15,369 bases of DNA from an uncultured bacterium (GTDB lineage: Bacteria; UBP7; UBA6624). The number at the start of each line of letters is the position of its first letter. The stretch's first letter is position 1. Positions 7,216 to 15,369 of this stretch are shown piece after piece. The stretch spans positions 1 to 15,369 of the forward strand of contig CAXGSM010000020.1 of the NCBI GenBank assembly GCA_964012435.1, in the 5' to 3' direction. A program made the translations under genes and the position numbers. A model generated the notes under the pieces. The model searched no databases. It saw only the letters and a list, made by a program, of their open reading frames with translations, and was not told the DNA's origin.

Positions 7216-7241
7216 CACTTGGGCATAAAATTGCCTAAGTG
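7216..7241. repeat. Inverted repeat (10-bp arms) around TAAAAT, overlapping the next start codon
   Basis: CACTTGGGCA (7216-7225) - TAAAAT - TGCCTAAGTG (7232-7241), with 9/10 complementary and one G-U pair. There is no following U-tract on either strand. Confidence 0.7.
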
Positions 7242-8126
7242 AAAAAAGTTCGTTATTTTCAAAGACCATCAGAGTATTGGAAGGATCATGTTTTTCCAAT
7301 GCGAAAAATGGATTTGTTGAAAAAGCGAATCGAAGAATCATTTTCAATTGATTTTGTTGAGCCTGACAGTTTGCCAGAAGGCGCAATCGCACTTACGCAT
7401 CACCGCAATTTTATAAATCGTATACATTCGTATTTTGACAATCCCGAAGCTTCCTATGGTGAATTTGAAGCAAGATGTGACAGCTGGGTTTTTGAAAACG
7501 AATGTAAGGCGGTTGCCGGCACTTTGTCTGCATGTAGGGATGCCTTGTTACAGGGTTGGGGTTTTAATATTGGTGGCGGATTGCATCATTCTTTCCCTGA
7601 TCACGGTGAAGGTTTTTGCATTATCAATGATATTGCAATTTCAATTAACCAACTTATCAAAGAAGGCAAGATCCATAATGCAGCCGTAGTGGATCTTGAT
7701 GTGCATCAAGGCAATGGTACGGCTGTTTGTTTCCAAAATAGCCCAAATGTCAAAACAATCTCATTGCATCAACAGCACAATTATCCATCCTGGAAACCAA
7801 AATCAGATTTAGACATTGGTTTAGATGACGGAATAGGTGATAGCGTTTACCTGCAGCATCTATCAACTGCACTTGATTGGCTTTCAACACAGGACAAACC
7901 CGACTTGGTTTTATTTTTAGCCGGCGCTGATCCTTATCGAAAAGACCAGCTTGGAGGGCTTGCGCTTACGAAAGCGGGCTTAGGCTCAAGAGATAGGCTT
8001 GTAGTAGAGTGGTGCAAAAATAACAATTGCCCAGTAGCGATTGTTTTGGCTGGTGGCTACGCTAAGGATGTAAATGACGTTGTTGATATACACTTTAATA
8101 CATTCAAATGTTTAATGGAGGTTTAA
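7239..8126 (+). CDS. Zn-dependent histone-deacetylase-family amidohydrolase (class IV / HDAC11-like)
   Basis: HVFPMRK, GGGLHHS...GEGFC..ND, DLDVHQGNGT, AGADP..D.LG.L and LAGGY. The His dyad, Zn ligands and catalytic Tyr are present. Confidence 0.9.
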   Translation: MKKVRYFQRPSEYWKDHVFPMRKMDLLKKRIEESFSIDFVEPDSLPEGAIALTHHRNFINRIHSYFDNPEASYGEFEARCDSWVFENECKAVAGTLSACRDALLQGWGFNIGGGLHHSFPDHGEGFCIINDIAISINQLIKEGKIHNAAVVDLDVHQGNGTAVCFQNSPNVKTISLHQQHNYPSWKPKSDLDIGLDDGIGDSVYLQHLSTALDWLSTQDKPDLVLFLAGADPYRKDQLGGLALTKAGLGSRDRLVVEWCKNNNCPVAIVLAGGYAKDVNDVVDIHFNTFKCLMEV

Positions 8127-8127
8127 G

Positions 8128-8955
8128 GTGATGTTGTTAGGTTTGTTATTTATGTCTAATCTTTTTAATTCAGATTGCACAGATGCAGAAAAATCCTTTA
8201 GGGGTTATTTAGCACATGAGTCAAAAAGCGAAATCACGATAGATGGAAAATTGGACGATCTCTCATGGACAAAAGCACCATGGTCAGATTGTTTTGTAGA
8301 TATAGAGGGATCACTTCAGCCTGATCCAAAATATAAAACTAGATTAAAAATGTTATGGGACGAGAATTACTTTTACATCGCTGCACTAATGGAGGATCCT
8401 CATATTTGGGCCGTAAGCACAGAAAGAGATTCTTATATTTGGCAAAACGAAGGGGATTTTGAGGTTTTTATAGATCCTGACAGTAATTCTTTGGACTATA
8501 TTGAAATTGAAATTAACGCCATGGGAACAGAATGGGATCTCCTTATGGATAAACCGTATAGCGAAGGTGGCGTTAATGATGATAGTTGGGATATTCCAGG
8601 CCTTAAATCAGCAGTTACCATTGATGGAACTTTAAACAACCCTGAAGATATAGATAAAAAATGGATAGTTGAAATTGCAATTCCCTGGAAAGGCATAAAC
8701 CAAACTGCAAACGTTTCCATGCCGCCAAAAAACAACGATTCTTGGAGAATTAATTTTTCTAGAGTATGGTGGGATCACGAAGTGATTGATGGCCGTTATG
8801 TCAAGATTGGAGAGGCTTTTGAAGGCCTGGAGTCAAATTGGGTTTGGTCTGCACAGGGTGTGATCAACATGCACGATCCTAGCCTTTGGGGCTTTGTAAC
8901 TTTTAAAAAATTTGAAAAATCTCAAAATCGCATACTTGATTTTTTGTCTAGGTGA
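8128..8955 (+). CDS. Carbohydrate-binding family 9-like (CBM9-like) protein, probably exported
   Basis: IDGKLDD..W, FVDIEG, KMLWDENYFYIAA, DFEVFIDP, YIEIEINA.GT.WDL, EIAIPW, WRINFSRV and NWVWS.QG.INMH.P..WG. GGAGG at 8117-8121; start is 8128 or 8131. Confidence 0.78.
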   Translation: MMLLGLLFMSNLFNSDCTDAEKSFRGYLAHESKSEITIDGKLDDLSWTKAPWSDCFVDIEGSLQPDPKYKTRLKMLWDENYFYIAALMEDPHIWAVSTERDSYIWQNEGDFEVFIDPDSNSLDYIEIEINAMGTEWDLLMDKPYSEGGVNDDSWDIPGLKSAVTIDGTLNNPEDIDKKWIVEIAIPWKGINQTANVSMPPKNNDSWRINFSRVWWDHEVIDGRYVKIGEAFEGLESNWVWSAQGVINMHDPSLWGFVTFKKFEKSQNRILDFLSR

Positions 8956-8960
8956 ATTGA

Positions 8961-10898
8961 ATGAATGCTGGCCCTCTTGATTGGTTGATCATATTTGTCA
9001 CTTGGGGTATTTTGGTTTCATCGGTTCCAATTGCCAAGAAATACATGAGGAGCGTTGCTGACTACCTTTCTGCAGGAAGATCGGCAGGCAGATACATTTT
9101 GTCTGTTGCTCAAGGTATAGCTGCGCTTGGTGCAATTTCTGTTGTGGCCATGATGGAACAGAATTATGTTGCCGGTTTTTCAATGTCTTGGTGGGGGCTA
9201 ACTATGAATCTTGTTGTTCTTGCCGTCACCGCTTCAGGTTGGGTCATTTATCGTTTTAGGGAAACCAGGTGTTTGACATTAGCAGAATTTTTTGAACGAA
9301 GATACAGTAAAAAATTTCGTATTTTTTCAGGCCTGATAGCTTTCATTTCTGGAATTGTTAATTTCGGAATCTTCCCCGCAGTTGGAGCAAGGTTCTTTTT
9401 GAATTATCTTGGATTGCCAGAGTCTCTCAGCCTGCTTGGCTTTGACATCCCTACTTTTGCAATTCTGATGCTTTTCCTCCTGGGAACATCTTTGTATTTT
9501 GTTTTTTCCGGAGGGCATGTTGCGGTCACAATTGCAGACTTCATCCAAGGTGTTTTTAGCAATGTGGTTTTTATTTGGATGATTTTGTTTTTCTTATTCA
9601 ATGTTTCCTGGGATCAGATTTTTTATTCATTAAATCAGGCACCAGAAAATGCATCATTGATCAATCCATTTAAAACAAGCCAGGTCGAGGACTTTAACCT
9701 AGGCTTCTTTTTGATAGGTATATTGATTTACATTTATGGAACCATGTCCTGGCAAGGTACGCAAGCGTATAACGCCTCGGCTAAAAATGCACATGAAGCC
9801 AAAATGGGTAGCCTATTGGGAAATTGGCGAAACATTCCCCAAAATCTTTTCATGCTCTTCATACCAATAATTGCATATACCGTCTTGCATCATCCCGACT
9901 TTAGCCTTCAGGCCGATTTTGTGAATGCAACTCTGTCTAATGAAGAAAATAATGCAGTCGTGAACCAGTTAAGAGTTCCTGCTGTTTTGATATCAATGCT
10001 GCCACCTGGCCTAATGGGGGCTTTTGCTGCAGTGATGTTGGCTGCTTTCATCAGCACTCATGACACTTATCTTCACTCGTGGGGCAGCATCTTTGTTCAG
10101 GATGTATACATGCCTTTTCAAAAGAAGCCTTTAACCCAGGAAAAACATTTAAAGATTTTAAAGTGGTCCACGATTGGTGTTGCTATTTTCATATTCATCT
10201 TTTCACTAATCTTCCAACAGAGCGAATACATACTTTTGTTTTTTGCAATCACCGGTGCTATTTTCTTTGGTGGGTCCGGGGCTGTTCTGATAGGCGGTCT
10301 TTATTGGAATAAAGGCACAACCAAGGGAGCATGGTGGGCCATGTCTTTAGGTGCATCATTATCAGTTTTTGGCATCTTTGGTGAAAGGTACATTGAGGCT
10401 TGGCCTGATTGGTTGAATGGGCAAGTCATGACGGGGATTGTTATTCTGTGCTGTATTGTCACGTATGTGCTTGTATCTTTAAACTCCAAGCAAGCCGGTG
10501 TAGATTTAAACAAACTTCTCTACAGGGGAAAACATGAAACAGAAAAAGAAAAAAAATTAATACAATCGCAAGTTCCCAGAGGGCTAAAAGCAATAGGCAT
10601 TACTGAGGAATTTACAAAATCTGATCGACGACTTTACTACATTACTTACACATGGGTTATTGGTTGGTTCCTGACGTTTCTAATTGGAACAATATACAAC
10701 TTAAACAAGACTGTAGTCGATGATAGCTGGATTGCCTTTTGGAAGACTTACATGTGGATTAATGTTGTTGTAGCTATATTGGTTACGATTTGGTTTACAT
10801 ACAATGGTTTTAACGATTTAAAGGGCATGTTGAAAGAATTGAAAAGAAAAAAGATAGACATTAAGGATAATGGTTTTATTTCAGATGACAACATTTAA
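8961..10898 (+). CDS. Sodium:solute symporter (SSS) family transporter
   Basis: Many hydrophobic segments with DYLSAGRS, TLAEFFERRYS, GG..A...DFIQG, LPPGLMG...A.MLAAFIST.D and GGLYWNKGT..GA. Confidence 0.88.
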   Translation: MNAGPLDWLIIFVTWGILVSSVPIAKKYMRSVADYLSAGRSAGRYILSVAQGIAALGAISVVAMMEQNYVAGFSMSWWGLTMNLVVLAVTASGWVIYRFRETRCLTLAEFFERRYSKKFRIFSGLIAFISGIVNFGIFPAVGARFFLNYLGLPESLSLLGFDIPTFAILMLFLLGTSLYFVFSGGHVAVTIADFIQGVFSNVVFIWMILFFLFNVSWDQIFYSLNQAPENASLINPFKTSQVEDFNLGFFLIGILIYIYGTMSWQGTQAYNASAKNAHEAKMGSLLGNWRNIPQNLFMLFIPIIAYTVLHHPDFSLQADFVNATLSNEENNAVVNQLRVPAVLISMLPPGLMGAFAAVMLAAFISTHDTYLHSWGSIFVQDVYMPFQKKPLTQEKHLKILKWSTIGVAIFIFIFSLIFQQSEYILLFFAITGAIFFGGSGAVLIGGLYWNKGTTKGAWWAMSLGASLSVFGIFGERYIEAWPDWLNGQVMTGIVILCCIVTYVLVSLNSKQAGVDLNKLLYRGKHETEKEKKLIQSQVPRGLKAIGITEEFTKSDRRLYYITYTWVIGWFLTFLIGTIYNLNKTVVDDSWIAFWKTYMWINVVVAILVTIWFTYNGFNDLKGMLKELKRKKIDIKDNGFISDDNI

Positions 10899-11838
10899 CA
10901 GATATTCAAAAAATCCAATCATCAAAAGGGAAGATATACCTTTAAGTTGCACAGACGGAATTGAATCAAGTTCAGTTTTCAATCCAGGTGCAATTTTAGA
11001 CAATGGTATTTTCCATTTGTTGTTAAGGGTACAGAACAGACAAAGAAAAACTTTCCTAACCCATTGCTCAAGCACAAATGGACATGATTTCACCGTCGAT
11101 GCTCAGTCTGTGAGAATCAATGGAATTGATGAATTGGGCTTGGAGATTTTCCATATTTACGATCCCAGGATTGTTAAGATTGAGGATGTTTTTTTGGTTT
11201 CAGCCGCAGTTGATGTTGAGGGGGGATGCAGGATAGCGATTTTTTCAACTAAGGATTTCAAAGAGATGGATTTGATCCATATGGGAGATGTTGACTCCAG
11301 AAACGCTGTTCTTTTTCCAGAAAAAATTAATGGCCATTATTGTCTTTTGGACAGGCCAAACAATCAGTTTGCAGGGGGCGTAATGTCAGGTTCTCAGATT
11401 TGCTTTTCAGCATCTACCGATCTGATTTCCTGGGGACGTTCGGTTCCAGTGATGAGTGGAAACCACCATTATTGGGATGAGCTTATTGGCGCAGGCCCTC
11501 CACCAATACGAACAAAAGAAGGCTGGTTACTTATTTATCATGGTGTTGCGACTCACTTTATGAGCAGCAACATATATCAAGCCGGCGTTGCTTTGCTGGA
11601 TGCCAATGAGCCACACAAGGTTCTTGCAAGATGTCCAGCTAACATCTTTGAACCGAGAGAAAGTTACGAACTAACAGGACAGGTGCCAAATGTTGTATTC
11701 CCCACAGGCTTATTGGTTGATACATCTTCCGAAAAACCTGAAAATTGCAATGAGGTTCTAATGTATTATGGTGCAGCTGATTCAAGCGTTTGTCTCGCCA
11801 AAACAACCATTCAAAAATTATTGGATTGTCTTAAATGA
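10870..11838 (+). CDS. GH130 family beta-mannoside phosphorylase/hydrolase; alternative start ATG 10885
   Basis: RYSKNPII, VFNPGA, YDPRI, RNAVLFPEKING.Y..L.RP, IGAGPPPIRTKEGWLLIYHGV, EPRESYE..G.VPNVVFP and YYGAADS. Confidence 0.9.
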   Translation: MVLFQMTTFNRYSKNPIIKREDIPLSCTDGIESSSVFNPGAILDNGIFHLLLRVQNRQRKTFLTHCSSTNGHDFTVDAQSVRINGIDELGLEIFHIYDPRIVKIEDVFLVSAAVDVEGGCRIAIFSTKDFKEMDLIHMGDVDSRNAVLFPEKINGHYCLLDRPNNQFAGGVMSGSQICFSASTDLISWGRSVPVMSGNHHYWDELIGAGPPPIRTKEGWLLIYHGVATHFMSSNIYQAGVALLDANEPHKVLARCPANIFEPRESYELTGQVPNVVFPTGLLVDTSSEKPENCNEVLMYYGAADSSVCLAKTTIQKLLDCLK

Positions 11839-14567
11839 CCAAGCCAAAAAAAGCTTTTATAGTTTCTCATACACATTGGGACAGGGAGTGGTATAGAACC
11901 TATCATGATTTCAAGGTCGATCTTTCAAACGTGGTTAGAGAGGTCTTGAATTTACTTGAAGGTGCAAATGATTTCAATCATTTTGTCCTGGATGGACAAA
12001 CAATCATTTTGAGGGACTACCTTTCACTTTTTCCAGAAGATGCAGTTCGTATAAAAAAATTAGTTCAAAAAGGCCAACTGTCATTAGGTCCTTGGTATAT
12101 TCTTCCAGATGAATTTTTGATCAGTTCCGAATCGACCATTCGCAACTTGGTGCTAGGCTTCAAAACAGCCGAAGATTTTGGTGGTGTACAGCGTGTTGGC
12201 TACATGCCTGATTCTTTTGGTCATGTTGCCCAGGTTCCACAAATATTGAAAAATATTGGTATAGATTCATTCATCTACACGCGTGGTTCAGGTCCAGAAA
12301 TTGAAGATTTGGGCTTTGAGTATTTCTGGGAAGCTCCGGATGGCAGTTCCGTCCTTGCTGTTAATCAATGTAATGGTTATTGCAATGCTGCTGGACTTGG
12401 GCTCCATGAGATATGGCATGCTCACACAAAGCGCAATGTTGATTTAGATTTGGCCTCCAAGCAGGTCAAAGATCTTTTTTCTAAAATGTCTGAATTGTCA
12501 AACTCCCCAATATTTTTATTGAATAATGGTTGTGATCATTTTCCACCACAAAAAGATTTTGATGCAATTCTTGAAAAAATCAAATTAGATTTTCCTGAAA
12601 CGAGTTTTGAGCATTCCGGATTTGATGCTTTTGTCAAGGAGCTTTATAAACATTCAGGATCTTTCAAAACCCACAAGGGAGAGTTGTTGTCGGGTTACCA
12701 CCATTTCATTCTTTCTGGAGTGTGGTCTGCTCGAACTTACCTAAAGCAAATGAATGACAATGCGCAAACATGGCTATCCGGAATCCTGGAGCCCTTAGCT
12801 TCACATTATCATTTTTCACTTTCAAAAACATATCCATCTGAACACATTTTTAATGCGTGGAAAAAGCTGTTAGAGAATCACCCACATGATTCGATATGCG
12901 GATGCAGCACAGATGAGGTTCATAGCGAAATGATCCCCAGGTTTAGAGCAGTTACAGAAACTTCGGAATCGGTTCTGCAAAAGATAATGAGCGAGATAAC
13001 CCCCACTTTTGCAAGAGAGGAGAAAAATGATGAGCAAACATGTTTCACTGTGTTTAACGCATTACCTGAAAAAAGAGAATGCGTGATCAATAGGCTGATC
13101 GTTTTGCAACCTTTTGAAGGGGACATTGAGGATTGGGTTCTTGTTGACTCCACCGGTGAGCAAATACCATTTCACATAACGGAAATATCTCATTTTGAAA
13201 GGTTTTGGGCAATTGACTACCGAAGAGAGAGCGACAATCACAAAAACATTAAACGTCTTCACCTTTATCAAGATAAGTTCAAGCACAGGGTTGCTAGCAG
13301 CTCAAAACAAAAAGATGAATTCGACACATTTTTTAATATTCAATTTGTTGACACTTTACCTTCCGTGGGGCATAAGTTGTATTTCCTTAAAAAGGAAACA
13401 CACCAGAAGAAAGTTGAGCAGAAGCTACAAATCGGCGTTGATTTTCTAGAAAATGATTTTTTAAAGGTTTCGATAAACGCTAATGGAACAATCAACATCC
13501 TCAACAAAGAAACACAGAAGAGCCATGAGAATTTAAATATCCTAGAAAGCTCTGGGGACAAGGGGGATGAATATGACTATAGCCTATGTGGCAGCAGTCA
13601 AACCGTAACATCAGCAGAGACATCTGCTTCTATTGATATTGTTGAGGCGACCCCGTATAAAGGCTCTTTAAGAATTAATTTTGATTTGAATTTGCCCAAG
13701 TCGATCGATGAGATCAGGGAAAATAGATCAAGCGAAACAGAAAAATGCAATGTTGAGATTGATGTTTCACTGGAGCACCTTGAACCCTACGTAAGGATTA
13801 AGACAAAATTCAATAACCAGGCAGAAGACCACAGATTGCGTGCAGGTTTCCCAATGCCTAATTCAAACAGTGTTTTTTCAGATGGTCATTTTTACATCAA
13901 TGAGAGACCTTCCGAATTCCCTGTAGATGATAATTGGGCCCAACCACATACGAAGACTTACCCACAACAAGATTTTTCCTTTTGCCATGATGGCAAAAAT
14001 GGACTGGCTGTTTTTTCTAAAGGTTTGCATGAACTTGAAATCAAAAAAGGAACTCTTTGGTTGACTTTATTGAGGGCTGTTGGCTGGCTTTCTAGGGATG
14101 ATTTTGAATCCAGAAAAAATAATAATGCGGGACCGACAATCTACACTCCTGACGCTCAGTGCAAAGGTGAAAATGCTTACGAGTACGCTCTTTATCCTTT
14201 TTCGGGAGATTGGGTTAAGTCTAAAGTTAAACATTGGGCCACAAGGTACAAAACAGATTTAAAGTCAATGCAGGGAGTTGTAGACGGGGCAATAAGCGAC
14301 GATTGGCTTTTAGAAAAAAAGAATGATGCGGTTGCCATAACGGCAATTAAAAAACATGAATCTCGCAACACATTGGTCGTAAGAATGTTTAACCTCACCG
14401 ATGAGGATGTTTTAGAAAAAATATCAACATCTAAACAAATCAAAACATGCTGGAAATTGAATCTCATCGAATCCAGACAAAGCCAAATCAAGCATCAATT
14501 AAATGCTTTTCAGGTTACATTAAAAGCACATGAGATCGGCACTTTTGAGGTTGAGTTTGAATCATGA
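11835..14567 (+). CDS. GH38 alpha-mannosidase (MngB-like), cytoplasmic
   Basis: SHTHWDREWY (Zn ligands), LDGQ, GPWYILPDEFL, YMPDSFGH (nucleophile region), NG.DH, HDSICGCS.DEVH, DHRLR and LTLLRAVG. No signal peptide; ATGA overlap with GH130. Confidence 0.92.
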   Translation: MTKPKKAFIVSHTHWDREWYRTYHDFKVDLSNVVREVLNLLEGANDFNHFVLDGQTIILRDYLSLFPEDAVRIKKLVQKGQLSLGPWYILPDEFLISSESTIRNLVLGFKTAEDFGGVQRVGYMPDSFGHVAQVPQILKNIGIDSFIYTRGSGPEIEDLGFEYFWEAPDGSSVLAVNQCNGYCNAAGLGLHEIWHAHTKRNVDLDLASKQVKDLFSKMSELSNSPIFLLNNGCDHFPPQKDFDAILEKIKLDFPETSFEHSGFDAFVKELYKHSGSFKTHKGELLSGYHHFILSGVWSARTYLKQMNDNAQTWLSGILEPLASHYHFSLSKTYPSEHIFNAWKKLLENHPHDSICGCSTDEVHSEMIPRFRAVTETSESVLQKIMSEITPTFAREEKNDEQTCFTVFNALPEKRECVINRLIVLQPFEGDIEDWVLVDSTGEQIPFHITEISHFERFWAIDYRRESDNHKNIKRLHLYQDKFKHRVASSSKQKDEFDTFFNIQFVDTLPSVGHKLYFLKKETHQKKVEQKLQIGVDFLENDFLKVSINANGTINILNKETQKSHENLNILESSGDKGDEYDYSLCGSSQTVTSAETSASIDIVEATPYKGSLRINFDLNLPKSIDEIRENRSSETEKCNVEIDVSLEHLEPYVRIKTKFNNQAEDHRLRAGFPMPNSNSVFSDGHFYINERPSEFPVDDNWAQPHTKTYPQQDFSFCHDGKNGLAVFSKGLHELEIKKGTLWLTLLRAVGWLSRDDFESRKNNNAGPTIYTPDAQCKGENAYEYALYPFSGDWVKSKVKHWATRYKTDLKSMQGVVDGAISDDWLLEKKNDAVAITAIKKHESRNTLVVRMFNLTDEDVLEKISTSKQIKTCWKLNLIESRQSQIKHQLNAFQVTLKAHEIGTFEVEFES

Positions 14568-15369
14568 AGATTAAATTTCCTATTTTTTTAATTTTCATTT
14601 TGGCAATGGGCCCACAAAAGGGAATAGTGGTTGCTGATAACCAGATTGCTGTTGATGCTGGTTCTCAAATATTAAAAGAAGGGAATGCTTTTGATGCTGC
14701 TGTTACAACAGCTTTGATCTTGGGAATTACACACCCTCACAGTAGTGGCATTGGGGGAGGGGGTTTTGTTGTTTTTAAAAATGACAATGCAATTGGCTCT
14801 CTCGATTTTCGTGAAATGGCTCCTTCAAGCTTCTATCCAGAAGTGTTTATTGATGGTAGAAATTCAAGATCAGGGGCATGGTCTGTTGGTGTTCCAGGAG
14901 AGCTTGCCGGTCTGTTTGAATTGCACAAAGGGCGTGGGGCTCTTCCATGGAGTGAAGTTGTTAACCCAGCAACAAGATTAGCGGAAGAGGGTTTTGTTGT
15001 CGGACCCGTTCTTGCTGCTGCAATTAAATCCAATTTTGATTCAATTCTTAGCGACCCAGGCCTCAGCGTTATTTTTGCACCTGGTGGAAACATGCTAAAA
15101 GAGGGTGATCTTTGCCAACGACCCAATCTTGCAAAAACATTAAAAAAGCTTGAATTAGGTTTAGCGGATTTTTACAGTTGGGACACTGCTGAGAGGTCTG
15201 TTGCTTTTTTAAACTCCAAAGGTGGCGATTTTGGTTTGTATGATTTTGAATCTTATGAAACAAAATACAGAAAACCTGTTTCTGGATCTTTTCGTGATTT
15301 TGATATATACAGCATGCCCCCACCATCTTCTGGAGGTATCGCCATTGTGCAGATGCTCGGCATATTTGA
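14564..15369 (+). CDS. ggt: Gamma-glutamyltransferase, N-terminal part; truncated by window edge
   Basis: Not in the ORF track. Manual translation from ATG 14564 (ATGA overlap) is open to the end: MKIKFPIFLIFILAM...GNAFDAAV...HPHSSGIGGGGF...LDFREMAP...SVGVPGELAGL...LPWSEVVNPA..LAEEGF...SMPPPSSGGIAIVQML. Confidence 0.93.
   Translation, partial: MKIKFPIFLIFILAMGPQKGIVVADNQIAVDAGSQILKEGNAFDAAVTTALILGITHPHSSGIGGGGFVVFKNDNAIGSLDFREMAPSSFYPEVFIDGRNSRSGAWSVGVPGELAGLFELHKGRGALPWSEVVNPATRLAEEGFVVGPVLAAAIKSNFDSILSDPGLSVIFAPGGNMLKEGDLCQRPNLAKTLKKLELGLADFYSWDTAERSVAFLNSKGGDFGLYDFESYETKYRKPVSGSFRDFDIYSMPPPSSGGIAIVQMLGIF

Noticed and set aside
7216..7247. Rho-independent terminator after phoU
   Set aside because: The hairpin is real but has no downstream U-tract on either strand, so it is reported as an inverted repeat instead.
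14745..15326. Three short ORFs in the track at the right end
   Set aside because: They are alternative frames of the continuous ggt frame starting at 14564.
1..15369. CRISPR array, IS or integrase, tRNA/rRNA or riboswitch
   Set aside because: No spaced repeats or transposase motifs were seen. The largest intergenic gap is 88 nt, AT-rich and promoter-like.

Overview
AT-rich, densely packed bacterial chromosomal window. One minus-strand gene runs off the left edge (M24 Xaa-Pro peptidase-like). It is followed by about 14.9 kb of co-oriented plus-strand genes: a secreted PI-PLC X-domain phosphodiesterase, an unusual PhoU::OmpR/PhoB winged-helix fusion with no receiver domain, pstS-pstC-pstA-pstB1-pstB2-phoU, a class IV/HDAC11-like deacetylase, a CBM9-like protein, a sodium:solute symporter, GH130, GH38, and a gamma-glutamyltransferase running off the right edge. 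The leading candidate for a new system is a PhoR/PhoB-independent phosphate regulator. It would consist of the PhoU-wHTH one-component factor, 11-bp-period direct repeats upstream of both its own gene and pstS, and a PstB1/PstB2 pair whose complementary motif losses predict one active and one degenerate ATP site. The main caveat is an A8 run exactly at the fusion junction, which needs read-level checking. No mobile elements, CRISPR arrays or RNA genes were seen. All family calls come from motif recognition by eye, not database searches.
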